Source of the DNA: Verrucomicrobiota bacterium
GTDB taxonomy: Bacteria; Verrucomicrobiota; Verrucomicrobiia; Limisphaerales; CANJXF01
Direction: 5' to 3'
NCBI GenBank assembly: GCA_038316905.1
Contig: JBBQAX010000001.1
Location: 1-48,886 of the forward strand
Length of the DNA: 48,886 nt
This document shows, in pieces, positions 35,727 through 45,759 of the stretch. Below the pieces are notes generated by a model. It was given only the letters and a program-made list of their open reading frames with translations. It was not told the DNA's origin and did not search any database. Position 1 is the first letter of the stretch; every line of letters begins with the position of its first letter. Position numbers and translations under genes: made by a program.

Positions 35727-36854
35727 ATGAAGTTAGCGACCACCACTTTATTATTCTGTGTCGCTGCTCTTTTATCGCTGGGAATGGTGATTCTCTACAG
35801 TTCAAGCACCGCGCAGGTCGGAGCGCACTACTTAAAGATGCAATTAGTCTGGTGTGCGCTCGGTTTAGTGGGAGCGACCTGCGCCGCGATGATGGATTAT
35901 CGTCATCTGAAGAAGTTCTCTCTCGCGCTCTTTTGTCTGGCCGTTGTTTTGTTGTGTTTGGTTTTTGCTCCAGAGATAGGGATTAAGGTTGGGGGAGCCT
36001 CTCGTTGGATCGGTAAATGGGGATTTCGTTTTCAACCATCTGAACTCGCGAAAATTGCTTTGATCATTTTTCTCGCGCATTACGGAGAACGTTATCAAAG
36101 GCAAATGGGAACGTTCGTTCGCGGCCTCGTGGTTCCCGGACTTTTTATCGCAGGCATTCTCGGGCTGATCTTCATCGAGCCTGATCGCGGTTGCACCATT
36201 TTGCTTGCTGCCGTTTCCATGGCGGTGCTGGTTATCGCCGGCGTTCGATTACGGTTGCTCATTCCTCCGCTCATTTTGGCTATAACCGCACTTGCCTTCT
36301 CTCTTTTCAACGATCCGATGCGGATGAAACGAATTCTCGCGTGGCTCAATCCCGAGGAAACCAAGGACGGAGTCGGCTATCAGGCCTACCAGGCGATGAT
36401 CGCGCTTGGTTCAGGAGGCTGGTTTGGTTTGGGCCTGGGCAACGGTCGCCAAAAACTTGGATTTGTGCCGGAACATCACACCGATTTTATTTTCTCAATC
36501 GTGGGCGAAGAACTCGGACTCATTGCCACCATTGCCGTCGTTCTCGCTTTCATTTTGCTGGTGGTTTGCGGCGTTTTCATTTCATCACGCGCACGCGATC
36601 CATTTGGATTACTCTTGGGCTCCGGCATTACGTTCATGATCGGTTTGCAAGCACTCATCAATATTGGCGTTGTCACCAGCACATTGCCGAATAAAGGAAT
36701 GCCGCTGCCGTTCATCAGCTATGGCGGCTCGAACCTTTTGATGATGCTCGTCTCCGTTGGAATTTTACTGAGCATCGCACGGCGGGGCACTGAACCAGCC
36801 AAAAAGAGTGCCAACCCATTCGACGAATCCACACCGCAACTTTCCGATGCATAA
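35727..36854 (+). CDS. ftsW: peptidoglycan glycosyltransferase FtsW (SEDS family)
   Basis: About ten TM helices, with 'FQPSELAKI', 'PEHHTDFIFS' and 'GMPLPFISYGGSN'. Confidence 0.9.
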   Translation: MKLATTTLLFCVAALLSLGMVILYSSSTAQVGAHYLKMQLVWCALGLVGATCAAMMDYRHLKKFSLALFCLAVVLLCLVFAPEIGIKVGGASRWIGKWGFRFQPSELAKIALIIFLAHYGERYQRQMGTFVRGLVVPGLFIAGILGLIFIEPDRGCTILLAAVSMAVLVIAGVRLRLLIPPLILAITALAFSLFNDPMRMKRILAWLNPEETKDGVGYQAYQAMIALGSGGWFGLGLGNGRQKLGFVPEHHTDFIFSIVGEELGLIATIAVVLAFILLVVCGVFISSRARDPFGLLLGSGITFMIGLQALINIGVVTSTLPNKGMPLPFISYGGSNLLMMLVSVGILLSIARRGTEPAKKSANPFDESTPQLSDA

Positions 36855-38034
36855 TCCCGATCACAATCCACTCGTGGCAATCGCCTGCGGCGGCACCGGG
36901 GGACATCTCTTTCCCGGCCTGGCCGTCGCCGAAGAATTGATGCAACGCGACTGCGACGTGACGTTGCTGATCTCGCCAAAAGAGGTGGATCAACAAGCGG
37001 TACGGTCGGTCATCGGGATGGAAGTCGCCACGTTGCCCGCCGTAGGATTAACGCGCGGCGGTTCTCTCGGATTTTTTTCCGGCTTCTACAAATCACATCG
37101 CGCCGCCAAAATTCTTTTTGGCAAGAAAGTTCCTCAAGCGGTTCTCGCCATGGGCGGCTTTACAAGCGCGCCACCAATCCTTGCTGGCAAAAAACTGGGC
37201 GCGAAGACGTTTCTGCACGAGTCGAACACTGTTCCAGGTCGCGCCAACCGTTGGCTCGCGCACGTGGTGGACGAAGCCTTTGTTTATTTTCACGAAGCCT
37301 CTGGGCGCATGAGCATCGCCCGCTCCCACGTCACCGGAATGCCGGTGCGCTCGCAATTTCTTGATCCCATCGACGCAGCGGCAGCCCGGATGTCCTTGGG
37401 GCTTTCTCCCGACAAACCAGTGCTGCTAGTGATGGGTGGCAGTCAGGGCGCGAGCGGGATTAACAATGCGGTTTTGGCAACGCTGCCATTGCTCGCGGAT
37501 CGTTTGCCGGATTTACAATTCCTGCATCTCACTGGGGTGAATGATGTCGAAAAAGTTCAGAAAACGTACGCAGCGCAAAATCGAAAAGCGGTTGTGCGTC
37601 CCTTTTTAACCGAGATGGAATTTGCGCTCGGTGCAGCTACGGTGGCGATCAGTCGCTCGGGAGCGTCATCCCTCGCTGAAGTGGCGGCCATGAAACTTCC
37701 CGCCATTTTGATTCCGTATCCAACGGCGACGGACAATCACCAATATTATAATGCGTTGGCGTTCGTGAATTCAGGCGCGGCAAAAATGTTCGAACAATCG
37801 AGCGCCGCGCCGGAACAGTTATCCCACGCCATTAACGAGTTGATTGGGAACGAAAAAGAGCGAGCGTCGATTCAGCACGCACTCACTGAGTGGCATTCTC
37901 CTGAAGCTGCCGGAAACATTGCCGATTTGATTCTCGCTTCCATCAGGCGTCCGGCATCCAAAAATCAGAAAAATTTGAAAGAAGGTTTTTCAGAACCGCT
38001 CAACCGTATAAAATCGGAGGCAACACGTGGTTGA
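36847..38034 (+). CDS. murG: UDP-N-acetylglucosamine--N-acetylmuramyl-(pentapeptide) pyrophosphoryl-undecaprenol GlcNAc transferase
   Basis: 'IACGGTGGHLFPGLAVAEEL', 'MGGSQGA', 'ISRSGASSLAEVAA'. ATG 36847 overlaps the ftsW end by 8 nt. Confidence 0.9.
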   Translation: MHNPDHNPLVAIACGGTGGHLFPGLAVAEELMQRDCDVTLLISPKEVDQQAVRSVIGMEVATLPAVGLTRGGSLGFFSGFYKSHRAAKILFGKKVPQAVLAMGGFTSAPPILAGKKLGAKTFLHESNTVPGRANRWLAHVVDEAFVYFHEASGRMSIARSHVTGMPVRSQFLDPIDAAAARMSLGLSPDKPVLLVMGGSQGASGINNAVLATLPLLADRLPDLQFLHLTGVNDVEKVQKTYAAQNRKAVVRPFLTEMEFALGAATVAISRSGASSLAEVAAMKLPAILIPYPTATDNHQYYNALAFVNSGAAKMFEQSSAAPEQLSHAINELIGNEKERASIQHALTEWHSPEAAGNIADLILASIRRPASKNQKNLKEGFSEPLNRIKSEATRG

Positions 38035-38956
38035 AGCAGAAATGGTTTCCAAAGAACAGCTTGTCGCCGAACTGGCCGGAAGACTTTCCGGGGGAACCGT
38101 TTTGCGCTGCAACGAGCCGCTGGCCAAAAAAACGACGATGCGCGTTGGTGGTCCCGCTGATTTTTTTGTCGAGCCGATTCTGGAATCCGATCTCGCGCAC
38201 GTCCTCCAATTTTGTGATGAAAAGGATTTGCCGTTCTTCGTGCTGGGACGCGGTTCAAATCTTTTGATCAAAGATTCCGGCATACGCGGCTTTGTCATTT
38301 CGCTCGGGCATCCCAAATTTTCCGAGATCAAAATTGATGAAGAATTTTTGCACTGCGGCGCGGGCGCGAAGCTGAAAGCAATTTCCGTCGAAGCGCGACG
38401 CCATCATCTGGCCAGCCTGGAATTTCTGGAGGGCATTCCCGGAAATCTCGGTGGCGCGTTGCGAATGAACGCCGGCGCGATGGGGGCCGCGATGTTCAAC
38501 GTCGTTGAGAAAATTCGTGTGATGGATTTGTTTGGCAAAGTTCAGGAAATTTCACGGGCCGACCTGAGCGTCGAGTACCGCAGTTGTCCATTGCTCAAAA
38601 CCAGGATTGCGTTGTCAGCGCTTCTTCGAGGGAAATCGGCGTCGAGCGACGGTGTGGCTGAACGCATGAAAACGTACAGCGCCAAACGCTGGGAATCGCA
38701 GCCGAAAGAGCCGAGCGCGGGTTGCATCTTCAAAAATCCTGACACCATTCCAGCAGGAAAATTGATCGAAGAACTTGGATTGAAAGGCACGAGTGTCGGA
38801 GGCGCGCGGGTCTCGGAAATTCACGGAAATTTCATCGTGAACGACGGCAACGCAACCGCGCAAAATGTTTTGGATTTAATCGAATTGATAAAAGAACGCG
38901 CAAAATCCATGCGCGGACTTGAATTACGCACGGAAGTAGAAATCATTGGCGAATAA
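38027..38956 (+). CDS. murB: UDP-N-acetylenolpyruvoylglucosamine reductase
   Basis: 'KKTTMRVGGPADFF', 'LGRGSNLL', 'PSAGCIFKNP'. Start is GTG 38027 or ATG 38042. Confidence 0.9.
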   Translation: MVEAEMVSKEQLVAELAGRLSGGTVLRCNEPLAKKTTMRVGGPADFFVEPILESDLAHVLQFCDEKDLPFFVLGRGSNLLIKDSGIRGFVISLGHPKFSEIKIDEEFLHCGAGAKLKAISVEARRHHLASLEFLEGIPGNLGGALRMNAGAMGAAMFNVVEKIRVMDLFGKVQEISRADLSVEYRSCPLLKTRIALSALLRGKSASSDGVAERMKTYSAKRWESQPKEPSAGCIFKNPDTIPAGKLIEELGLKGTSVGGARVSEIHGNFIVNDGNATAQNVLDLIELIKERAKSMRGLELRTEVEIIGE

Positions 38957-38959
38957 TTC

Positions 38960-39865
38960 ATGGGACAAAATTTAAATATTACGGTGATGCTGGGCGGGCC
39001 TTCCGCTGAAAGAGAAGTTTCTTTGCGCACGGGGACCGCCGTTGCCAAAGCGTTGCGGTCGCTCGGACACACGGTTCGCGAACTTGATCCTGTCGCGCCC
39101 GCGTGGTCGCTGCCGCCGGATACTGATGTGGTCTTCCTCGCGCTGCACGGAACTTACGGCGAAGACGGCACGGTTCAGGAGCAGCTCGAAAAATTAAACG
39201 TTCCCTACACCGGCTGCGATCCAGAGGCGAGCCGCCTTGCCTTTGATAAAATTTTGACCAAGCAACGGTGCGTGGCCGCTGGAGTTCCAACCGCGAAATT
39301 TGAAATGTTCGATTCCGCAGACGCGAGTTGGCCGATGGGTTGGAAGCCGCCGGTGGTTCTCAAGCCAGTGCGACAAGGTTCCAGCGTCGGACTGCAATTT
39401 GTCGATCGCGTTGAGAACTGGCACACGGCGCTCGCGGAAGTATTGCTTCACGATACGCAAGTTTTGCTCGAGGAGAAAATTATCGGACGTGAAACCACGG
39501 TCGGCATTCTCGATGGCCAACCGCTTCCCGTCGTGGAAGTGAAAGTCAAACAGGGCGAATTCGATTACAAAAATAAATACACGCCCGGCGCAACGGAACA
39601 TTTTTGCCCAGCCGATTTCGACGCAGTGACGACGAAGAAAATACAAGACGCAGCGCTCGGCGCTTTCAATGCGGTTGGCGGACGCGATTACGCGCGCGTC
39701 GATGTGATGGTTCGCGCCAATGGCGATCCGATTGTTCTCGAAGTCAATACGTTGCCCGGCATGACCGAAACGAGTCTTTTACCTGACGCAGCCAAAGCCG
39801 CTGGAATTGATTACGCGCAACTCTGCCAGCGGATGATTGACCTCGCCATGCGACGGAAAAAATAA
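38960..39865 (+). CDS. ddl: D-alanine--D-alanine ligase
   Basis: 'MLGGPSAEREVSL', 'LHGTYGEDGTVQ', 'KPVRQGSSVG', 'LEVNTLPGMT'. Confidence 0.95.
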   Translation: MGQNLNITVMLGGPSAEREVSLRTGTAVAKALRSLGHTVRELDPVAPAWSLPPDTDVVFLALHGTYGEDGTVQEQLEKLNVPYTGCDPEASRLAFDKILTKQRCVAAGVPTAKFEMFDSADASWPMGWKPPVVLKPVRQGSSVGLQFVDRVENWHTALAEVLLHDTQVLLEEKIIGRETTVGILDGQPLPVVEVKVKQGEFDYKNKYTPGATEHFCPADFDAVTTKKIQDAALGAFNAVGGRDYARVDVMVRANGDPIVLEVNTLPGMTETSLLPDAAKAAGIDYAQLCQRMIDLAMRRKK

Positions 39866-40824
39866 TGTGGTTTAAACGCAAACAAAAGAATCGCCGTTTC
39901 GAACGCCCGAAATTGCTGAACGTAAAATTGCGTTCGAGCCAGACGCGCGCCGCGCGGTTTCGTCTGGCCGGAATGGGGCTGAGTATTTGCTTCGCGTTGA
40001 TCGTGGGTTTGTTCGTCCTGTGGCGCGGCGGGGAATGGTTGCTCAATGTTTTGGTTTACGAAAACGAGGCGTTCGCCATCCAACAAATCGAAGTGCAAAC
40101 CGACGGCGTGATTGCTCCTGAACATTTCCGTCGCTGGGCGGTGGTGAAACCCGGGATCAATCTCCTCGCCCTGGATTTGGCGCGCGTCAAACGTGACCTC
40201 GAACTCGTCCCATTGATCCAGTCTGCGGCCGTGGAACGGGTGTTGCCGCGCACGTTGCGAATTCGGATTGTGGAACGCGAGCCGGTCGCGCAAGTCGTCG
40301 CCATGCAGCGCAAAACGCAAGGTGGTTTTGAATCAACCATTTATCATCTGGACGAAACAGGTTTCGTGTTTCTGCCGCTAGATCCTCGTCTCCGCGTCTC
40401 ACCGCCGACGGTTCAGAACGATTTGTTGCCGGTTGTTTCCGGTGTGGCGATGAGCGATCTGCGTCCGGGTCGGCGGGTGGAGTCACTCCAGGTTCGCGGC
40501 GCGCTCGGTTTAATTTCCGAGTTCGATCATTCGCCAATGGCGGGTTTCGCGGAGTTGCAGCGCATCAACGTGACGATCCCGGAAATCCTGGAAGTTTCCA
40601 CCAGCCACGGCAGCCAAATCGTTTTTTCGCTCAATGGTTTTGAGCAACAACTCAATCGCTGGCGCTTGATTTACGACCAATATCAAAAAATGGGAAAATC
40701 AATTGCCACGCTCGATCTCTCCATCGCAAACAATATTCCGCTTCGCTTTGTTGACGCCGCTCCCGTTCCGCCCGTCGCCCCCAAACCTGTCAAACCTTCG
40801 AAAACCAAAAAGAAAAATGTTTGA
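39865..40824 (+). CDS. ftsQ: cell division protein FtsQ
   Basis: N-terminal TM 'GLSICFALIVGLFVLW', then a POTRA-like segment 'IQQIEVQTDGVIAPEHFRRWAVVKPGINLLALDLARVKRDLELVPLIQSAAVERVLPRTLRIRIVEREP'. TAATG overlap with ddl. Confidence 0.8.
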   Translation: MWFKRKQKNRRFERPKLLNVKLRSSQTRAARFRLAGMGLSICFALIVGLFVLWRGGEWLLNVLVYENEAFAIQQIEVQTDGVIAPEHFRRWAVVKPGINLLALDLARVKRDLELVPLIQSAAVERVLPRTLRIRIVEREPVAQVVAMQRKTQGGFESTIYHLDETGFVFLPLDPRLRVSPPTVQNDLLPVVSGVAMSDLRPGRRVESLQVRGALGLISEFDHSPMAGFAELQRINVTIPEILEVSTSHGSQIVFSLNGFEQQLNRWRLIYDQYQKMGKSIATLDLSIANNIPLRFVDAAPVPPVAPKPVKPSKTKKKNV

Positions 40825-42040
40825 TTCATCCAACATTATCGTCGGCCTGGAAATCGGCACCTCCAAAGTGTGTGCAGCAGTCGGCGAACTGAACGCTAAT
40901 GGACTGTTGAACATTATTGGCCTCGGCCAATCGCGTTCGCGTGGCGTGCGCAAAGGCGAAATCGCCGACACCAACGCCGCTGATGAAGATGTCCGCAATG
41001 CGATCGTCGATGCGGAAAAAATGGCCAACGCGGAAATTCGCAGTGTTTATCTGGGCGTCACCGGGAATCACATCCGTGGCTTCAATAATCGCGGGGTGCA
41101 TCCCGTTGTTTCTGCGGATCGCGAAATCACCGACGAAGATGTTCAGGACGTGATCAAGAATGCGAAAGCGATCAATCTTCCCAACGAGAACAATGTCATC
41201 CATGCGGTTCGCCAGCATTTCACGGTTGATGGCCAGGACGGAATTCTGAATCCAGTGGGAATGTTCGGCGCGCGGGTGGAAGTTGATGTCCATGTTATCC
41301 ACGGGAACACCAATCGAATGCAGAATTCCATCCGCGTGGTTAGCGGTTTGCAGTTGGAAGTCGAGACGGTGGTTTTCAACGGTATGGCGTCCTCTCTCAC
41401 GTTGCTTTCCAGCGAGCAAAAAGAACTCGGGTCGCTCGTGATTGATTTGGGCGGCGGCACCACCGAATACGTCGTTTATTGTGACGGAATTATCAAACAC
41501 ACCGGCGTTCTCGCGCTCGGGGGCGATCACGTTTCGCACGACCTCGCGATTGGCCTGAAAGTTCCGATGGGCCGCGCTGAACAACTGAAAATTGAACACG
41601 GCTCCGCCATGCTCGACGACTCGGTGAAAGGCAAAACGTTCACGGTTAGTGGCGAGTTCGGCCAATCTGGCAAGACCATAAATATGGAGCATTTACGCCA
41701 GATTATGTCGCTGCGCATCGAAGAAATTTTCCAGATCATCGAACAGGATTTGGCTCACGCCGGATTGCTCGATTATGTGCGCGCGGGAGTTTTCATCTGC
41801 GGCGGCGGCGCGCGCATTCCGAGAATCCAAACTCTCGCAGAAAAGATTTTTCAAATGCCAGCATCGTTGGGCAAAGCCAGTTCCATCAACGGCATTACTT
41901 CCGCGCTCGACCAGCCGGAATTCGCCACCGCGATTGGTCTGGCGAAGTTCGGTTCGCTCCAGCAGAAACGCCGAAATAGCGGAGGCATTCTGTCCGGTGG
42001 CTTGAAAACGATTTCTGAAATGTTCCGCAGACAAAACTGA
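40817..42040 (+). CDS. ftsA: cell division protein FtsA
   Basis: 'IVGLEIGTSKVCAAVGE', 'LVIDLGGGTTEY', 'VFICGGGARIP'. ATG 40817 overlaps the ftsQ end by 8 nt. Confidence 0.95.
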   Translation: MFDSSNIIVGLEIGTSKVCAAVGELNANGLLNIIGLGQSRSRGVRKGEIADTNAADEDVRNAIVDAEKMANAEIRSVYLGVTGNHIRGFNNRGVHPVVSADREITDEDVQDVIKNAKAINLPNENNVIHAVRQHFTVDGQDGILNPVGMFGARVEVDVHVIHGNTNRMQNSIRVVSGLQLEVETVVFNGMASSLTLLSSEQKELGSLVIDLGGGTTEYVVYCDGIIKHTGVLALGGDHVSHDLAIGLKVPMGRAEQLKIEHGSAMLDDSVKGKTFTVSGEFGQSGKTINMEHLRQIMSLRIEEIFQIIEQDLAHAGLLDYVRAGVFICGGGARIPRIQTLAEKIFQMPASLGKASSINGITSALDQPEFATAIGLAKFGSLQQKRRNSGGILSGGLKTISEMFRRQN

Positions 42041-42052
42041 TTCTTCGAACCT

Positions 42053-43306
42053 ATGAAAAAAACTTCGATCAAAGTTTTCGGGATTGGTGGCGCGGGTTGC
42101 AATGCCGTCAGTTTTATGGCGCGCGAGGAAACGGCCGGGACGACGCGCATCGCGTTGAACACGGACGCGCAATCGCTTGATGCGTGCACTGCCACAGAAA
42201 AATTGTGTCTCGGCGCGAAAGTGACCTTTGGGCTGGGAGCAGGGGGCGATCCTGATTTGGGCCGGGCCGCGGCCGAAGTCGATCTGGAACAACTCCGCGA
42301 ACTTTGCGCTGGAGCGAATATCGTTTTCATCATCGCTGGACTTGGTGGTGGAACCGGCACCGGGGCTAGCCCGATCGTTGCGCAAGCAGCCAAAGATGCC
42401 GGCGCACTCGTCGTCGGAATTGTCACGACACCGTTTGAATTTGAAGGCGGACGCCGCGAACGCCAGGCGCAGTTTGGTCTAAAACAACTCAAAGCCGTCG
42501 CGGACGCGGTCATCTGTTTGCCGAACCAAAATGTTTTCAAGTTGATCGACGAAAAAACCACGGTGCTCAACACGTTCGACGTGACCAACCGGCTTTTGGC
42601 GCAGGGCATTGCGGGAATTTCTCGGCTGCTCGCGCAAACCGGTTTGATCAATGTCGATTTTGCTGATCTCTGCTCTGTCGCGCGCAATCTTCATTCCACC
42701 AGTTCGTTCGCCACCGCTGAGGCGAGCGGCCAAGATCGCGTGGCCCAGGTTTTAGAAAAACTTTTCGCGCATCCGATGTTGGACAACGGCGAACTTTTGG
42801 AAGAGTCGGATGCGGTTCTCGTGAGCGTGGCGGGCGGCGCGGATCTGACGATGGTCGAGGTCAATCAACTGATGAAAGAAATCAACAGCCGCTGCGAGAA
42901 CGCCCACGTCATTTTCGGCGCAGCGATTGATGACGCTTTGGCCAATTATTTATCCGTTACCCTCGTTGCTTCCGGAAATTCGCGACGCGAGGAAAAGCCG
43001 GCACTTTCCAAAATAAACAGAGCGAATGGTTCCGCCGAATCCGATGCGCAATTGCTGGATTCATCCGGGCCACGCGCTTCGTCGCGGATCGTTGCGCCTG
43101 CTCCTGAAATGTCGGCGGAACGCAAAGAACAATTGCTCACCAAACAAAGTTCACGTCAGAAGAAGAGCGTTTCGCGAATGCGCCAGAATGAATTGCCGCT
43201 GGAAATCATTTCCAAAGGTCGCTTCGAGAAAAGCGAACCAACCATCCATCGTGGTGAAGACCTGGATTTGCCGACTTACATTCGACGCGGAATTCCGTTG
43301 AACTGA
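42053..43306 (+). CDS. ftsZ: cell division protein FtsZ
   Basis: 'IKVFGIGGAGCNAV', 'GLGAGGDPDLG', 'AGLGGGTGTGASPIVA', 'TTPFEFEGGRR'. Long variable C-terminal linker. Confidence 0.95.
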   Translation: MKKTSIKVFGIGGAGCNAVSFMAREETAGTTRIALNTDAQSLDACTATEKLCLGAKVTFGLGAGGDPDLGRAAAEVDLEQLRELCAGANIVFIIAGLGGGTGTGASPIVAQAAKDAGALVVGIVTTPFEFEGGRRERQAQFGLKQLKAVADAVICLPNQNVFKLIDEKTTVLNTFDVTNRLLAQGIAGISRLLAQTGLINVDFADLCSVARNLHSTSSFATAEASGQDRVAQVLEKLFAHPMLDNGELLEESDAVLVSVAGGADLTMVEVNQLMKEINSRCENAHVIFGAAIDDALANYLSVTLVASGNSRREEKPALSKINRANGSAESDAQLLDSSGPRASSRIVAPAPEMSAERKEQLLTKQSSRQKKSVSRMRQNELPLEIISKGRFEKSEPTIHRGEDLDLPTYIRRGIPLN

Positions 43307-43321
43307 GGAAGAGGAAACGGT

Positions 43322-44365
43322 TTACAAATCTCGAATGCGCTTCAGCGTTTTCGCCGCAGAGTCCCGCACCCAGTATTCATCGTGCTTCAGTGATTCTTCG
43401 AGGAACGGAATTGATTCCTGCGCTTCTTTGGACGCCTGCCAATCCGGATTGATAATCTGAATTGCGTTGGCCGCGGCGTGGCGCACGAGGCTCTCGGCAT
43501 CGATCAGCATCGGCAAAAGTGCCTTGAGAGATCGTGGATCTCGCAAGCGCGCGAGACTTTCGATGGTCGCTTTTCGGACGTCGGTGTCGGCATCCGTCAG
43601 CATTGCAACCAGTGGCTCAAAGGCTTCTGGAGCCTGGAGTTGTCCCAAAGCCTTGATAGCTGCCAGGCGAACTTCAAAGTTGGTGTCCTTCAGGAGTGGC
43701 AAAATTTTGCCTAAGTATTCCGGTTTCCCGGCTTTTCCAATCGCTTCGACAGCGATCGCGCGTGCTTGAGGTGCCGGATTCTTGAGCATCGCCAACATCG
43801 TAGGGAGCCGCCGTTCGTCGGAGGAATCGCTTAAGGCCTGCAACGCTGTAATACACACGGGCAAGTGGGCATCTTTGGATAATTCAATGAGCGGTTGAAC
43901 AATCCGAGGATCCTGAAAATGCGCTTGTTCGAGAGTTTGGGCGACCGCGAAACGAATGGATTGCGACTTATATTTGAGCAACGGCAATAAGATATCCAAC
44001 GCGGCTTCTTCCTTTGCGCTGATGGAATTGAAATTCCCTTGTGCAATAGCATTAAGAACCCGGTCTTCCGAAGTCGCGGGACGCCAGCCAAGCAAATCCA
44101 AGGCGTTGGCCGCCACGCCGCGCAAGGCAAAATCCTGATCTTTTAACCACGGAAGTAGCGCCTGAATACAGGGTTCGGCGGCGGTCTCGCGCAGAACCAC
44201 GATTGCCGACACTGCCGCACGCCGGACCAGTGCGTTTTCATCGCACAAACACCTCGCGAAGCCGTGGACGTCCTCGACACCAGCCCGCAGTTTCAATTTG
44301 TCGATGGCCTCCTGACGGATCTCGGGATCTGTAGATTTAAGTTTGCTGCGAATCAACCAACGCAT
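43322..44365 (-). CDS. HEAT-repeat (PBS-lyase-type) protein
   Basis: At least nine repeats of the form 'D..x.VRxxAaxaLgxl', for example 'DENALVRRAAVSAI', 'DTNFEVRLAAIKALGQL', 'DADTDVRKATIESLARL'. Start set at ATG 44365 (MRWLIRSK...); the longer ORF to 44794 would overlap the divergent CNNM gene. Confidence 0.75.
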   Translation of the reverse strand: MRWLIRSKLKSTDPEIRQEAIDKLKLRAGVEDVHGFARCLCDENALVRRAAVSAIVVLRETAAEPCIQALLPWLKDQDFALRGVAANALDLLGWRPATSEDRVLNAIAQGNFNSISAKEEAALDILLPLLKYKSQSIRFAVAQTLEQAHFQDPRIVQPLIELSKDAHLPVCITALQALSDSSDERRLPTMLAMLKNPAPQARAIAVEAIGKAGKPEYLGKILPLLKDTNFEVRLAAIKALGQLQAPEAFEPLVAMLTDADTDVRKATIESLARLRDPRSLKALLPMLIDAESLVRHAAANAIQIINPDWQASKEAQESIPFLEESLKHDEYWVRDSAAKTLKRIRDL

Positions 44366-44520
44366 AATGGGTATATTTGAAAATGGAACTCGGTTGAACA
44401 CCAAGCGGTGTCCCAATTTCGAGTAGTCCAAAGCTATTTCCCGAACTCTAATAGCAATTGCATTGCCGAGGTCGAAACTTTTCCATTTGCCTGTCCTCCA
44501 TCTTGTCCAATACTTCCCGA

Positions 44521-45759
44521 GTGACGCTGATCGCGGCTTTTGCCGTTCTTTTGTTTTTTGCAGTCGCGAGCTTTTTTTTCGCGCTCGCGGAATCTGCCCT
44601 GTTCTCATTGGGCAAGTGGCAAGCACGGCAATTGACTGAAAGCTCGCCGCGCTCCGGTGCGCTCGTGTCCAAATTACTCGCCCAACCCCAGGATTTACTC
44701 GCCACCACCGTTCTCGGGAACACGGTTTCAAACGCTGGCATGATCGGCACGTTGCTTTGGCTGGTGCTTCTGGAGGGCTGGCCGTTGCTCCCATCGTTGA
44801 TTGGATTGCTCCTTTTTATCCTGCTTTGCGTGGAAATCGCGCCGAAAGCCTTTGCGGTCCGTGCCCCGGAATTGTGGTCGCTTCGGGTGGCTGGCCCGAT
44901 GTCCATTTTGCAAAACGTCCTCCGTCCGTTACGCCAGGTTGCCCAAAAACTGACCGCTTTGATTTTGACGGTTGTTCCAAAATCAATCAAACCGCAGACC
45001 ACGATGTCGGATGAGGAATACCAGGAATTGCTGGAACTTGCCTATCAACAAGGAACTTTAGCGAAGTCTGAGAAGGAAATTATCCTGGAAATTATCAGCC
45101 TCGACCGGCGTACCGCCAAAGATGTCATGCAACCGCGTTCGCAAATGGCCTGCATTCCGGACGATCTGTCCGTCGAGGAAATGATCGCTGCGGCACGCCA
45201 ATATAAACATCGCCGACTCCCCATGTACGATGAAACGCCCGACACCATCGTGGGCGTTCTGAACACGCGAGCCCTTCTGCTCGATCCGCAAATTGATTTC
45301 GCTGACGCCATTGAGTTCCCATCGTTCGTTCCCGAAAGCATGAATTTGTTGCAACTGCTCAAAAGTCTGCAACGTCAGCAGCGCGGCGTCGCCATTGTGC
45401 TCGATGAATTTGGTGGCACCGCCGGCATCGTCACGATGGAAGATATTTTGGAGGAAATGATCGGCGAAATCCGCGGCGAAGGTGAAGCCGAAGGATTCAT
45501 CATGGAAAAATTGGCCGAAGGCCGCTGGCGCGTAAACGGCACAATGCGACTTGAGGATTTTCGGCGGGAATTCCCACAACTTGGCGAAGTGGAAGTCGCT
45601 GAAACCCTGGGCGGCCTGCTGGTTAACCAATTGGGCGTGGTGCCTGCGTCGGGCGAATCAGCCATTTTTCGTGGATTGCGGCTGACAGCCCAAACCGTGG
45701 ACGAGCGACGCGTTAAAGAATTGCTGGTCGAGACAGTGAACAAGCGACATACGAAATGA
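44521..45759 (+). CDS. CNNM/HlyC-CorC family transporter (DUF21 + CBS pair + CorC_HlyC)
   Basis: DUF21 TM region 'LIAAFAVLLFFAVASFFFALAESALFSL', CBS pair, C-terminal 'GRWRVNGTMRLEDFRREF...LRLTAQTVDERRVKELLV'. The ORF opens at TTG 44458. GTG 44521 is my preferred start, but this is uncertain. Confidence 0.8.
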   Translation: MTLIAAFAVLLFFAVASFFFALAESALFSLGKWQARQLTESSPRSGALVSKLLAQPQDLLATTVLGNTVSNAGMIGTLLWLVLLEGWPLLPSLIGLLLFILLCVEIAPKAFAVRAPELWSLRVAGPMSILQNVLRPLRQVAQKLTALILTVVPKSIKPQTTMSDEEYQELLELAYQQGTLAKSEKEIILEIISLDRRTAKDVMQPRSQMACIPDDLSVEEMIAAARQYKHRRLPMYDETPDTIVGVLNTRALLLDPQIDFADAIEFPSFVPESMNLLQLLKSLQRQQRGVAIVLDEFGGTAGIVTMEDILEEMIGEIRGEGEAEGFIMEKLAEGRWRVNGTMRLEDFRREFPQLGEVEVAETLGGLLVNQLGVVPASGESAIFRGLRLTAQTVDERRVKELLVETVNKRHTK

